Assembly: GCA_964057225.1 (NCBI GenBank)
Contig: OZ059894.1
Span: forward strand, 22,878,001 to 22,942,000
Direction: 5' to 3'
From: Auanema rhodensis
Taxonomy: Eukaryota > Animalia > Nematoda
DNA: 64,000 bases
Positions 26,301 to 42,121 of this stretch are shown here, piece by piece. The notes beneath the pieces were generated by a model, which saw only the letters and a list, made by a program, of their open reading frames with translations, was not told where the DNA came from and ran no database searches. Every line of letters begins with the position of its first letter. Positions within the stretch are counted from its first letter, which is position 1. Position numbers and translations under genes: made by a program.

Positions 26301-29134
26301 AAATCTGATAACACAGATCGACGCAGCTTAAAAATCCGCATCGAATGCACTATACTACATTAAGAAACGCTTAATACAAAAATTAGTTATGATCGTTTGA
26401 AAAATGATGCATTAGTGTATGTTGAGTTTCCATGTACACTCAACATTGCTTCCAAAAACATTTTGACAAAAATTTTTTCGAAAAATTTCAGAATAATTCA
26501 GCAAAAAGTAGATGATTTTAGATTCCATTTTTCAAGGCAAAGACGATGAACAATGTTATTCAACGAAAAAATTAATTCTTCAGGGTGAAAATCGAGGATA
26601 TAAGTGTGAACTTATATCAGTTGATATCTCGGTGCATTTTTAAGCTAGCGCAAATCTGATAACACAGATCGACGCAGCTTAACAATCCGCATCGAATGCA
26701 CTATACTACATTGAAAAACGCTTAATACAAAAATTAGTTATGATCGTTTGAAAAATGATGCATTAGTGTATGTTGAGTTTCCATGTACACTCAACATTGC
26801 TTCCAAAAACATTTTGACAAAAATTTTTTCGAAAAATTTCAGAATAATTTAGCAAAAAGTAGATGTTTTTAGATTCCATTTTTCAAGGCAAAGACGATGG
26901 ACAATGTTATTCAACGAAAAAATCAATTCTTCAGGGTGAAAATCGAGGATATAAGTGTGAACTTATATCAGTTGATATCTCGGTGCATTTTTAAGCTAGC
27001 GCAAATCTGATAACACAGATCGACGCAGCTTAAAAATCCGCATCGAATGCACTATACTACATTGAGAAACGATTAATACAAAAATTAGTTATGATCGTTT
27101 GAAAAATGATGCATTAGTGTATGTTGAGTTTCCATGTACACTCAACATTGCTTCCAAAAACATTTTGACAAAAATTTTTTCGAAAAATTTCAGAATAATT
27201 TAGCAAAAAGTAGATGTTTTTAGATTTCTTTTTTCAAGGCAAAGACGATGGTCAATGTTATTCAACGAAAAAATCAATTCTTCAGGGTGAAAATCGAGGA
27301 TATAAGTGTGTACTTATATCAGTTGATATCTCGGTGCATTTTTAAGCTAGCGCAAATCTGATAACACAGATCGACGCAGCTTAAAAATCCGCATCGAATG
27401 CACTATACTACATTAAGAAACGCTTAATACAAAAATTAGTTATGATCGTTTGAAAAATGATGCATTAGTGTATGTTGAGTTTCCATGTACACTCAACATT
27501 GCTTCCAAAAACATTTTGACAAAAATTTTTTCGAAAAATTTCAGAATAATTTAGCAAAAAGTAGATGTTTTTAGATTCCATTTTTCAAGGCAAAGACGAT
27601 GGACAATGTTATTCAACGAAAAAATCAATTCTTCAGGGTGAAAATCGAGGATATAAGTGTGAACTTATATCAGTTGATATCTCGGTGCATTTTTAAGCTA
27701 GCGCAAATCTGATAACACAGATCGACGCAGCTTAAAAATCCGCATCGAATGCACTATACTACATTAAGAAACGCTTAATACAAAAATTAGTTATGATCGT
27801 TTGAAAAATGATGCATTAGTGTATGTTGAGTTTCCATGTACACTCAACATTGCTTCCAAAAACATTTTGACAAAAATTTTTTCGAAAAATTTCAAAATAA
27901 TTTAGCAAAAAGTAGATGTTTTTAGATTCCTTTTTTCAAGGCAAAGACGATGGACAATGTTATTCAACGAAAAAATTAATTCTTCAGGGTGAAAATCGAG
28001 GATATAAGTGTGAACTTATATCAGTTGATATCTCGGTGCATTTTTAAGTTAGCGCAAATCTGATAACACAGATCGACGAGGCTTAAAAATCCGCATCGAA
28101 TGCACTATACTACATTAAGAAACGCTTAATACAAAAATTAGTTATGATCGTTTGAAAAATGATGCATTAGTGTATGTTGAGTTTCCATGTACACTCAACA
28201 TTGCTTCCAAAAACATTTTGACAAAAATTTTTTCGAAAAATTTCAGAATAATTCAGCAAAAAGTAGATGATTTTAGATTCCATTTTTCAAGGCAAAGACG
28301 ATGAACATTGTTATTCAACGAAAAAATTAATTCTTCAGGGTGAAAATCGAGGATATAAGTGTGAACTTATATCAGTTGATATCTCGGTGCATTTTTAAGC
28401 TAGCGCAAATCTGATAACACAGATCGACGCAGCTTAAAAATCCGCATCGAATGCACTATACTACATTGAGAAACGATTAATACAAAAATTAGTTATGATC
28501 GTTTGAAAAATGATGCATTAGTGTATGTTGAGTTTCCATGTACACTCAACATTGCTTCCAAAAACATTTTGACAAAAATTTTTTCGAAAAATTTCAAAAT
28601 AATTTAGCAAAAAGTAGATGTTTTTAGATTTCTTTTTTCAAGGCAAAGACGATGGTCAATGTTATTCAACGAAAAAATCAATTCTTCAGGGTGAAAATCG
28701 AGGATATAAGTGTGTACTTATATCAGTTGATATCTCGGTGCATTTTTAAGCTAGCGCAAATCTGATAACACAGATCGACGCAGCTTAAAAATCCGCATCG
28801 AATGCACTATACTACATTAAGAAACGCTTAATACAAAAATTAGTTATGATCGTTTGAAAAATGATGCATTAGTGTATGTTGAGTTTCCATGTACACTCAA
28901 CATTGCTTCCAAAAACATTTTGACAAAAATTTTTTCGAAAAATTTCAGAATAATTTAGCAAAAAGTAGATGTTTTTAGATTCCATTTTTCAAGGTAAAGA
29001 CGATGGACAATGTTATTCAACGAAAAAATCAATTCTTCAGGGTGAAAATCGAGGATATAAGTGTGAACTTATATCAGTTGATATCTCGGTGCATTTTTAA
29101 GCTAGCGCAAATCTGATAACACAGATCGACGCAG

Positions 29135-32100
29135 CTTAAAAATCCGCATCGAATGCACTATACTACATTGAGAAACGATTAATACAAAAATTAGTTATGA
29201 TCGTTTGAAAAATGATGCATTAGTGTATGTTGAGTTTCCATGTACACTCAACATTGCTTCCAAAAACATTTTGACAAAAATTTTTTCGAAAAATTTCAGA
29301 ATAATTTAGCAAAAAGTAGATGTTTTTAGATTTCTTTTTTCAAGGCAAAGACGATGGTCAATGTTATTCAACGAAAAAATCAATTCTTCAGGGTGAAAAT
29401 CGAGGATATAAGTGTGTACTTATATCAGTTGATATCTCGGTGCATTTTTAAGCTAGCGCAAATCTGATAACACAGATCGACGCAGCTTAAAAATCCGCAT
29501 CGAATGCACTATACTACATTAAGAAACGCTTAATACAAAAATTAGTTATGATCGTTTGAAAAATGATGCATTAGTGTATGTTGAGTTTCCATGTACACTC
29601 AACATTGCTTCCAAAAACATTTTGACAAAAATTTTTTCGAAAAATTTCAGAATAATTTAGCAAAAAGTAGATGTTTTTAGATTCCATTTTTCAAGGCAAA
29701 GACGATGGACAATGTTATTCAACGAAAAAATCAATTCTTCAGGGTGAAAATCGAGGATATAAGTGTGAACTTATATCAGTTGATATCTCGGTGCATTTTT
29801 AAGCTAGCGCAAATCTGATAACACAGATCGACGCAGCTTAAAAATCCGCATCGAATGCACTATACTACATTAAGAAACGCTTAATACAAAAATTAGTTAT
29901 GATCGTTTGAAAAATGATGCATTAGTGTATGTTGAGTTTCCATGTACACTCAACATTGCTTCCAAAAACATTTTGACAAAAATTTTTTCGAAAAATTTCA
30001 GAATAATTCAGCAAAAAGTAGATGATTTTAGATTCCATTTTTCAAGGCAAAGACGATGAACATTGTTATTCAACGAAAAAATTAATTCTTCAGGGTGAAA
30101 ATCGAGGATATAAGTGTGAACTTATATCAGTTGATATCTCGGTGCATTTTTAAGCTAGCGCAAATCTGATAACACAGATCGACGCAGCTTAACAATCCGC
30201 ATCGAATGCACTATACTACATTGAAAAACGCTTAATACAAAAATTAGTTATGATCGTTTGAAAAATGATGCATTAGTGTATGTTGAGTTTCCATGTACAC
30301 TCAACATTGCTTCCAAAAACATTTTGACAAAAATTTTTTCGAAAAATTTCAGAATAATTTAGCAAAAAGTAGATGTTTTTAGATTCCATTTTTCAAGGTA
30401 AAGACGATGGACAATGTTATTCAACGAAAAAATCAATTCTTCAGGGTGAAAATCGAGGATATAAGTGTGAACTTATATCAGTTGATATCTCGGTGCATTT
30501 TTAAGCTAGCGCAAATCTGATAACACAGATCGACGCAGCTTAAAAATCCGCATCGAATGCACTATACTACATTGAGAAACGATTAATACAAAAATTAGTT
30601 ATGATCGTTTGAAAAATGATGCATTAGTGTATGTTGAGTTTCCATGTACACTCAACATTGCTTCCAAAAACATTTTGACAAAAATTTTTTCGAAAAATTT
30701 CAGAATAATTTAGCAAAAAGTAGATGTTTTTAGATTTCTTTTTTCAAGGCAAAGACGATGGTCAATGTTATTCAACGAAAAAATCAATTCTTCAGGGTGA
30801 AAATCGAGGATATAAGTGTGTACTTATATCAGTTGATATCTCGGTGCATTTTTAAGCTAGCGCAAATCTGATAACACAGATCGACGCAGCTTAAAAATCC
30901 GCATCGAATGCACTATACTACATTAAGAAACGCTTAATACAAAAATTAGTTATGATCGTTTGAAAAATGATGCATTAGTGTATGTTGAGTTTCCATGTAC
31001 ACTCAACATTGCTTCCAAAAACATTTTGACAAAAATTTTTTCGAAAAATTTCAGAATAATTTAGCAAAAAGTAGATGTTTTTAGATTCCATTTTTCAAGG
31101 CAAAGACGATGGACAATGTTATTCAACGAAAAAATCAATTCTTCAGGGTGAAAATCGAGGATATAAGTGTGAACTTATATCAGTTGATATCTCGGTGCAT
31201 TTTTAAGCTAGCGCAAATCTGATAACACAGATCGACGCAGCTTAAAAATCCGCATCGAATGCACTATACTACATTAAGAAACGCTTAATACAAAAATTAG
31301 TTATGATCGTTTGAAAAATGATGCATTAGTGTATGTTGAGTTTCCATGTACACTCAACATTGCTTCCAAAAACATTTTGACAAAAATTTTTTCGAAAAAT
31401 TTCAGAATAATTCAGCAAAAAGTAGATGATTTTAGATTCCATTTTTCAAGGCAAAGACGATGAACATTGTTATTCAACGAAAAAATTAATTCTTCAGGGT
31501 GAAAATCGAGGATATAAGTGTGAACTTATATCAGTTGATATCTCGGTGCATTTTTAAGCTAGCGCAAATCTGATAACACAGATCGACGCAGCTTAACAAT
31601 CCGCATCGAATGCACTATACTACATTGAAAAACGCTTAATACAAAAATTAGTTATGATCGTTTGAAAAATGATGCATTAGTGTATGTTGAGTTTCCATGT
31701 ACACTCAACATTGCTTCCAAAAACATTTTGACAAAAATTTTTTCGAAAAATTTCAGAATAATTTAGCAAAAAGTAGATGTTTTTAGATTCCATTTTTCAA
31801 GGTAAAGACGATGGACAATGTTATTCAACGAAAAAATCAATTCTTCAGGGTGAAAATCGAGGATATAAGTGTGAACTTATATCAGTTGATATCTCGGTGC
31901 ATTTTTAAGCTAGCGCAAATCTGATAACACAGATCGACGCAGCTTAAAAATCCGCATCGAATGCACTATACTACATTGAGAAACGATTAATACAAAAATT
32001 AGTTATGATCGTTTGAAAAATGATGCATTAGTGTATGTTGAGTTTCCATGTACACTCAACATTGCTTCCAAAAACATTTTGACAAAAATTTTTTCGAAAA

Positions 32101-32644
32101 ATTTCAGAATAATTTAGCAAAAAGTAGATGTTTTTAGATTTCTTTTTTCAAGGCAAAGACGATGGTCAATGTTATTCAACGAAAAAATCAATTCTTCAGG
32201 GTGAAAATCGAGGATATAAGTGTGTACTTATATCAGTTGATATCTCGGTGCATTTTTAAGCTAGCGCAAATCTGATAACACAGATCGACGCAGCTTAAAA
32301 ATCCGCATCGAATGCACTATACTACATTAAGAAACGCTTAATACAAAAATTAGTTATGATCGTTTGAAAAATGATGCATTAGTGTATGTTGAGTTTCCAT
32401 GTACACTCAACATTGCTTCCAAAAACATTTTGACAAAAATTTTTTCGAAAAATTTCAGAATAATTTAGCAAAAAGTAGATGTTTTTAGATTCCATTTTTC
32501 AAGGCAAAGACGATGGACAATGTTATTCAACGAAAAAATCAATTCTTCAGGGTGAAAATCGAGGATATAAGTGTGAACTTATATCAGTTGATATCTCGGT
32601 GCATTTTTAAGCTAGCGCAAATCTGATAACACAGATCGACGCAG
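29135..32644 (+). repeat. Local 4-monomer (1404-bp) higher-order repeat
   Basis: cgatt+tttct+gtgtact units at M84, M88 and M92, gaacattg units at M86 and M90, and aggtaaag units at M87 and M91. Confidence 0.85.
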
Positions 32645-35600
32645 CTTAAAAATCCGCATCGAATGCACTATACTACATTGAGAAACGCTTAATACAAAAA
32701 TTAGTTATGATCGTTTGAAAAATGATGCATTAGTGTATGTTGAGTTTCCATGTACACTCAACATTGCTTCCAAAAACATTTTGACAAAAATTTTTTCGAA
32801 AAATTTCAGAATAATTCAGCAAAAAGTAGATGATTTTAGATTTCATTTTTCAAGGCAAAGACGATGGACAATGTTATTCAACGAAAAAATCAATTCTTCA
32901 GGGTGAAAATCGAGGATATAAGTGTGAACTTATATCAGTTGATATCTCGGTGCATTTTTAAGCTAGCGCAAATCTGATAACACAGATCGACGCAGCTTAA
33001 AAATCCGCATCGAATGCACTATACTACATTAAGAAACGCTTAATACAAAAATTAGTTATGATCGTTTGAAAAATGATGCATTAGTGTATGTTGAGTTTCC
33101 ATGTACACTCAACATTGCTTCCAAAAACATTTTGACAAAAATTTTTTCGAAAAATTTCAGAATAATTCAGCAAAAAGTAGATGATTTTAGATTTCATTTT
33201 TCAAGGCAAAGACGATGGACAATGTTATTCAACGAAAAAATCAATTCTTCAGGGTGAAAATCGAGGATATAAGTGTGAACTTATATCAGTTGATATCTCG
33301 GTGCATTTTTAAGCTAGCGCAAATCTGATAACACAGATCGACGCAGCTTAACAATCCGCATCGAATGCACTATACTACATTGAAAAACGCTTAATACAAA
33401 AATTAGTTATGATCGTTTGAAAAATGATGCATTAGTGTATGTTGAGTTTCCATGTACACTCAACATTGCTTCCAAAAACATTTTGACAAAAATTTTTTCG
33501 AAAAATTTCAGAATAATTTAGCAAAAAGTAGATGTTTTTAGATTCCATTTTTCAAGGTAAAGACGATGGACAATGTTATTCAACGAAAAAATCAATTCTT
33601 CAGGGTGAAAATCGAGGATATAAGTGTGAACTTATATCAGTTGATATCTCGGTGCATTTTTAAGCTAGCGCAAATCTGATAACACAGATCGACGCAGCTT
33701 AAAAATCCGCATCGAATGCACTATACTACATTGAGAAACGATTAATACAAAAATTAGTTATGATCGTTTGAAAAATGATGCATTAGTGTATGTTGAGTTT
33801 CCATGTACACTCAACATTGCTTCCAAAAACATTTTGACAAAAATTTTTTCGAAAAATTTCAGAATAATTTAGCAAAAAGTAGATGTTTTTAGATTTCTTT
33901 TTTCAAGGCAAAGACGATGGTCAATGTTATTCAACGAAAAAATCAATTCTTCAGGGTGAAAATCGAGGATATAAGTGTGTACTTATATCAGTTGATATCT
34001 CGGTGCATTTTTAAGCTAGCGCAAATCTGATAACACAGATCGACGCAGCTTAAAAATCCGCATCGAATGCACTATACTACATTAAGAAACGCTTAATACA
34101 AAAATTAGTTATGATCGTTTGAAAAATGATGCATTAGTGTATGTTGAGTTTCCATGTACACTCAACATTGCTTCCAAAAACATTTTGACAAAAATTTTTT
34201 CGAAAAATTTCAGAATAATTTAGCAAAAAGTAGATGTTTTTAGATTCCATTTTTCAAGGCAAAGACGATGGACAATGTTATTCAACGAAAAAATCAATTC
34301 TTCAGGGTGAAAATCGAGGATATAAGTGTGAACTTATATCAGTTGATATCTCGGTGCATTTTTAAGCTAGCGCAAATCTGATAACACAGATCGACGCAGC
34401 TTAAAAATCCGCATCGAATGCACTATACTACATTGAGAAACGCTTAATACAAAAATTAGTTATGATCGTTTGAAAAATGATGCATTAGTGTATGTTGAGT
34501 TTCCATGTACACTCAACATTGCTTCCAAAAACATTTTGACAAAAATTTTTTCGAAAAATTTCAGAATAATTCAGCAAAAAGTAGATGATTTTAGATTTCA
34601 TTTTTCAAGGCAAAGACGATGGACAATGTTATTCAACGAAAAAATCAATTCTTCAGGGTGAAAATCGAGGATATAAGTGTGAACTTATATCAGTTGATAT
34701 CTCGGTGCATTTTTAAGCTAGCGCAAATCTGATAACACAGATCGACGCAGCTTAAAAATCCGCATCGAATGCACTATACTACATTAAGAAACGCTTAATA
34801 CAAAAATTAGTTATGATCGTTTGAAAAATGATGCATTAGTGTATGTTGAGTTTCCATGTACACTCAACATTGCTTCCAAAAACATTTTGACAAAAATTTT
34901 TTCGAAAAATTTCAGAATAATTCAGCAAAAAGTAGATGATTTTAGATTCCATTTTTCAAGGCAAAGACGATGAACAATGTTATTCAACGAAAAAATTAAT
35001 TCTTCAGGGTGAAAATCGAGGATATAAGTGTGAACTTATATCAGTTGATATCTCGGTGCATTTTTAAGCTAGCGCAAATCTGATAACACAGATCGACGCA
35101 GCTTAAAAATCCGCATCGAATGCACTATACTACATTGAGAAACGATTAATACAAAAATTAGTTATGATCGTTTGAAAAATGATGCATTAGTGTATGTTGA
35201 GTTTCCATGTACACTCAACATTGCTTCCAAAAATATTTTGACAAAAATTTTTTCGAAAAATTTCAGAATAATTTAGCAAAAAGTAGATGTTTTTAGATTC
35301 CATTTTTCAAGGCAAAGACGATGGACAATGTTATTCAACGAAAAAATCAATTCTTCAGGGTGAAAATCGAGGATATAAGTGTGAACTTATATCAGTTGAT
35401 ATCTCGGTGCATTTTTAAGCTAGCGCAAATCTGATAACACAGATCGACGCAGCTTAAAAATCCGCATCGAATGCACTATACTACATTGAGAAACGCTCAA
35501 TACAAAAATTAGTTATGATTGTTTGAAAAATGATGCATTAGTGTATGTTGAGTTTCCATGTACACTCAACATTGCTTCCAAAAACATTTTGACAAAAAGT

Positions 35601-38600
35601 TTTTCGAAAAATTTCAGAATAATTTAGCAAAAAGTAGATGTTTTTAGATTCCTTTTTTCAAGGCAAAGACGATGGTCAATGTTATTCAACGAAAAAATCA
35701 ATTCTTCAGGGTGAAAATCGAGGATATAAGTGTGAACTTATATCAGTTGATATCTCGGTGCATTTTTAAGCTAGCGCAAATCTGATAACACAGATCGACG
35801 CAGCTTAACAATCCGCATCGAATGCACTATACTACATTGAAAAACGCTTAATACAAAAATTAGTTATGATCGTTTGAAAAATGATGCATTAGTGTATGTT
35901 GAGTTTCCATGTACACTCAACATTGCTTCCAAAAACATTTTGACAAAAATTTTTTCGAAAAATTTCAGAATAATTTAGCAAAAAGTAGATGTTTTTAGAT
36001 TCCTTTTTTCAAGGCAAAGACGATGGTCAATGTTATTCAACGAAAAAGTCAATTCTTCAGGGTGAAAATCGAGGATATAAGTGTGAACTTATATCAGTTG
36101 ATATCTCGGTGCATTTTTAAGCTAGCGCAAATCTGATAACACAGATCGACGCAGCTTAAAAATCCGCATCGAATGCACTATACTACATTGAGAAACGATT
36201 AATACAAAAATTAGTTATGATCGTTTGAAAAATGATGCATTAGTGTATGTTGAGTTTCCATGTACACTCAACATTGCTTCCAAAAACATTTTGACAAAAA
36301 TTTTTTCGAAAAATTTCAGAATAATTTAGCAAAAAGTAGATGTTTTTAGATTCCATTTTTCAAGGCAAAGACGATGGACAATGTTATTCAACGAAAAAAT
36401 CAATTCTTCAGGGTGAAAATCGAGGATATAAGTGTGAACTTATATCAGTTGATATCTCGGTGCATTTTTAAGCTAGCGCAAATCTGATAACACAGATCGA
36501 CGCAGCTTAAAAATCCGCATCGAATGCACTATACTACATTGAGAAACGATTAATACAAAAATTAGTTATGATCGTTTGAAAAATGATGCATTAGTGTATG
36601 TTGAGTTTCCATGTACACTCAACATTGCTTCCAAAAACATTTTGACAAAAATTTTTTCGAAAAATTTCAGAATAATTTAGCAAAAAGTAGATGTTTTTAG
36701 ATTCCATTTTTCAAGGCAAAGACGATGGACAATGTTATTCAACGAAAAAATCAATTCTTCAGGGTGAAAATCGAGGATATAAGTGTGAACTTATATCAGT
36801 TGATATCTCGGTGCATTTTTAAGCTAGCGCAAATCTGATAACACAGATCGACGCAGCTTAAAAATCCGCATCGAATGCACTATACTACATTGAGAAACGC
36901 TTAATACAAAAATTAGTTATGATCGTTTGAAAAATGATGCATTAGTGTATGTTGAGTTTCCATGTACACTCAACATTGCTTCCAAAAACATTTTGACAAA
37001 AATTTTTTCGAAAAATTTCAAAATAATTTTGCAAAAAGTAGATGTTTTTAGATTCCATTTTTCAAGGCAAAGACGATGGACAATGTTATTCAACGAAAAA
37101 ATTAATTCTTCAGGGTGAAAATCGAGGATATAAGTGTGAACTTATATCAGTTGATATCTCGGTGCATTTTTTAGCTAGCGCAAATCTGATAACACAGATC
37201 GACGCAGCTTAAAAATGCGCATCGAATGCACTATACTACATTAAGAAACGCTTAATACAAAAATTAGTTATGATCGTTTGAAAAATGATGCATTAGTGTA
37301 TGTTGAGTTTCCATGTACACTCAACATTGCTTCCAAAAACATTTTGACAAAAATTTTTTCGAAAAATTTCAGAATAATTCAGCAAAAAGTAGATGATTTT
37401 AGATTTCATTTTTCAAGGCAAAGACGATGAACAATGTTATTCAACGAAAAAATTAATTCTTCAGGGTGAAAATCGAGGATATAAGTGTGAACTTATATCA
37501 GTTGATATCTCGGTGCATTTTTAAGCTAGCGCAAATCTGATAACACAGATCGACGCAGCTTAACAATCCGCATCGAATGCACTATACTACATTAAGAAAC
37601 GCTTAATACAAAAATTAGTTATGATCGTTTGAAAAATGATGCATTAGTGTATGTTGAGTTTCCATGTACACTCAACATTGCTTCCAAAAACATTTTGACA
37701 AAAATTTTTTCGAAAAATTTCAAAATAATTTAGCAAAAAGTAGATGTTTTTAGATTCCATTTTTCAAGGCAAAGACGATGGACAATGTTATTCAACGAAA
37801 AAATTAATTCTTCAGGGTGAAAATCGAGGATATATGTGTGAACTTATATCAGTTGATATCTCGGTGAATTTTTAAGCTAGCGCAAATCGGATAACACAGA
37901 TCGACGCAGCTTAAAAATTCGCATCGAATGCACTATACTACATTGAGAAACGCTCAATACAAAAATTAGTTATGATTGTTTGAAAAATGATGCATTAGTG
38001 TATGTTGAGTTTCCATGTACACTCAACATTGCTTCCAAAAACATTTTGACAAAAAGTTTTTCGAAAAATTTCAGAATAATTTAGCAAAAAGTAGATGTTT
38101 TTAGATTCCTTTTTTCAAGGCAAAGACGATGGTCAATGTTATTCAACGAAAAAATCAATTCTTCAGGGTGAAAATCGAGGATATAAGTGTGAACTTATAT
38201 CAGTTGATATCTCGGTGCATTTTTAAGCTAGCGCAAATCTGATAACACAGATCGACGCAGCTTAACAATCCGCATCGAATGCACTATACTACATTGAAAA
38301 ACGCTTAATACAAAAATTAGTTATGATCGTTTGAAAAATGATGCATTAGTGTATGTTGAGTTTCCATGTACACTCAACATTGCTTCCAAAAACATTTTGA
38401 CAAAAATTTTTTCGAAAAATTTCAGAATAATTTAGCAAAAAGTAGATGTTTTTAGATTCCATTTTTCAAGGCAAAGACGATGGACAATGTTATTCAACGA
38501 AAAAATCAATTCTTCAGGGTGAAAATCGAGGATATAAGTGTGAACTTATATCAGTTGATATCTCGGTGCATTTTTAAGCTAGCGCAAATCTGATAACACA

Positions 38601-38611
38601 GATCGACGCAG

Positions 38612-41600
38612 CTTAACAATCCGCATCGAATGCACTATACTACATTAAGAAACGCTTAATACAAAAATTAGTTATGATCGTTTGAAAAATGATGCATTAG
38701 TGTATGTTGAGTTTCCATGTACACTCAACATTGCTTCCAAAAACATTTTGACAAAAATTTTTTCGAAAAATTTCAGAATAATTCAGCAAAAAGTAGATGA
38801 TTTTAGATTTCATTTTTCAAGGCAAAGACGATGAACAATGTTATTCAACGAAAAAATTAATTCTTCAGGGTGAAAATCGAGGATATAAGTGTGAACTTAT
38901 ATCAGTTGATATCTCGGTGCATTTTTAAGCTAGCGCAAATCTGATAACACAGATCGACGCAGCTTAACAATCCGCATCGAATGCACTATACTACATTAAG
39001 AAACGCTTAATACAAAAATTAGTTATGATCGTTTGAAAAATGATGCATTAGTGTATGTTGAGTTTCCATGTACACTCAACATTGCTTCCAAAAACATTTT
39101 GACAAAAATTTTTTCGAAAAATTTCAAAATAATTTAGCAAAAAGTAGATGTTTTTAGATTCCATTTTTCAAGGCAAAGACGATGGACAATGTTATTCAAC
39201 GAAAAAATTAATTCTTCAGGGTGAAAATCGAGGATATATGTGTGAACTTATATCAGTTGATATCTCGGTGAAATTTTAAGCTAGCGCAAATCGGATAACA
39301 CAGATCGACGCAGCTTAAAAATTCGCATCGAATGCACTATACTACATTGAGAAACGCTCAATACAAAAATTAGTTATGATTGTTTGAAAAATGATGCATT
39401 AGTGTATGTTGAGTTTCCATGTACACTCAACATTGCTTCCAAAAACATTTTGACAAAAAGTTTTTCGAAAAATTTCAGAATAATTTAGCAAAAAGTAGAT
39501 GTTTTTAGATTCCTTTTTTCAAGGCAAAGACGATGGTCAATGTTATTCAACGAAAAAATCAATTCTTCAGGGTGAAAATCGAGGATATAAGTGTGAACTT
39601 ATATCAGTTGATATCTCGGTGCATTTTTAAGCTAGCGCAAATCTGATAACACAGATCGACGCAGCTTAACAATCCGCATCGAATGCACTATACTACATTG
39701 AAAAACGCTTAATACAAAAATTAGTTATGATCGTTTGAAAAATGATGCATTAGTGTATGTTGAGTTTCCATGTACACTCAACATTGCTTCCAAAAACATT
39801 TTGACAAAAATTTTTTCGAAAAATTTCAGAATAATTTAGCAAAAAGTAGATGTTTTTAGATTCCTTTTTTCAAGGCAAAGACGATGGTCAATGTTATTCA
39901 ACGAAAAAATCAATTCTTCAGGGTGAAAATCGAGGATATAAGTGTGAACTTATATCAGTTGATATCTCGGTGCATTTTTAAGCTAGCGCAAATCTGATAA
40001 CACAGATCGACGCAGCTTAAAAATCCGCATCGAATGCACTATACTACATTAAGAAACGCTTAATACAAAAATTAGTTATGATCGTTTGAAAAATGATGCA
40101 TTAGTGTATGTTGAGTTTCCATGTACACTCAACATTGCTTCCAAAAACATTTTGACAAAAATTTTTTCGAAAAATTTCAGAATAATTTAGCAAAAAGTAG
40201 ATGTTTTTAGATTCCATTTTTCAAGGCAAAGACGATGGACAATGTTATTCAACGAAAAAATCAATTCTTCAGGGTGAAAATCGAGGATATAAGTGTGAAC
40301 TTATATCAGTTGATATCTCGGTGCATTTTTAAGCTAGCGCAAATCTGATAACACAGATCGACGCAGCTTAACAATCCGCATCGAATGCACTATACTACAT
40401 TAAGAAACGCTTAATACAAAAATTAGTTATGATCGTTTGAAAAATGATGCATTAGTGTATGTTGAGTTTCCATGTACACTCAACATTGCTTCCAAAAACA
40501 TTTTGACAAAAATTTTTTCGAAAAATTTCAGAATAATTCAGCAAAAAGTAGATGATTTTAGATTTCATTTTTCAAGGCAAAGACGATGAACAATGTTATT
40601 CAACGAAAAAATTAATTCTTCAGGGTGAAAATCGAGGATATAAGTGTGAACTTATATCAGTTGATATCTCGGTGCATTTTTAAGCTAGCGCAAATCTGAT
40701 AACACAGATCGACGCAGCTTAACAATCCGCATCGAATGCACTATACTACATTAAGAAACGCTTAATACAAAAATTAGTTATGATCGTTTGAAAAATGATG
40801 CATTAGTGTATGTTGAGTTTCCATGTACACTCAACATTGCTTCCAAAAACATTTTGACAAAAATTTTTTCGAAAAATTTCAAAATAATTTAGCAAAAAGT
40901 AGATGTTTTTAGATTCCATTTTTCAAGGCAAAGACGATGGACAATGTTATTCAACGAAAAAATTAATTCTTCAGGGTGAAAATCGAGGATATATGTGTGA
41001 ACTTATATCAGTTGATATCTCGGTGAATTTTTAAGCTAGCGCAAATCGGATAACACAGATCGACGCAGCTTAAAAATTCGCATCGAATGCACTATACTAC
41101 ATTGAGAAACGCTCAATACAAAAATTAGTTATGATTGTTTGAAAAATGATGCATTAGTGTATGTTGAGTTTCCATGTACACTCAACATTGCTTCCAAAAA
41201 CATTTTGACAAAAAGTTTTTCGAAAAATTTCAGAATAATTTAGCAAAAAGTAGATGTTTTTAGATTCCTTTTTTCAAGGCAAAGACGATGGTCAATGTTA
41301 TTCAACGAAAAAATCAATTCTTCAGGGTGAAAATCGAGGATATAAGTGTGAACTTATATCAGTTGATATCTCGGTGCATTTTTAAGCTAGCGCAAATCTG
41401 ATAACACAGATCGACGCAGCTTAACAATCCGCATCGAATGCACTATACTACATTGAAAAACGCTTAATACAAAAATTAGTTATGATCGTTTGAAAAATGA
41501 TGCATTAGTGTATGTTGAGTTTCCATGTACACTCAACATTGCTTCCAAAAACATTTTGACAAAAATTTTTTCGAAAAATTTCAGAATAATTTAGCAAAAA

Positions 41601-42121
41601 GTAGATGTTTTTAGATTCCTTTTTTCAAGGCAAAGACGATGGTCAATGTTATTCAACGAAAAAATCAATTCTTCAGGGTGAAAATCGAGGATATAAGTGT
41701 GAACTTATATCAGTTGATATCTCGGTGCATTTTTAAGCTAGCGCAAATCTGATAACACAGATCGACGCAGCTTAAAAATCCGCATCGAATGCACTATACT
41801 ACATTAAGAAACGCTTAATACAAAAATTAGTTATGATCGTTTGAAAAATGATGCATTAGTGTATGTTGAGTTTCCATGTACACTCAACATTGCTTCCAAA
41901 AACATTTTGACAAAAATTTTTTCGAAAAATTTCAGAATAATTTAGCAAAAAGTAGATGTTTTTAGATTCCATTTTTCAAGGCAAAGACGATGGACAATGT
42001 TTTTCAACGAAAAAATCAATTCTTCAGGGTGAAAATCGAGGATATAAGTGTGAACTTATATCAGTTGATATCTCGGTGCATTTTTAAGCTAGCGCAAATC
42101 TGATAACACAGATCGACGCAG
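38612..42121 (+). repeat. Local 5-monomer (1755-bp) higher-order repeat, two copies plus a 4-mer precursor upstream
   Basis: M111-115 match M116-120. The marker gatatatg with tgaa and atcgg occurs at M108, M112 and M117, each followed by the aaaaattcg/gattg/aaagttt unit. Confidence 0.85.
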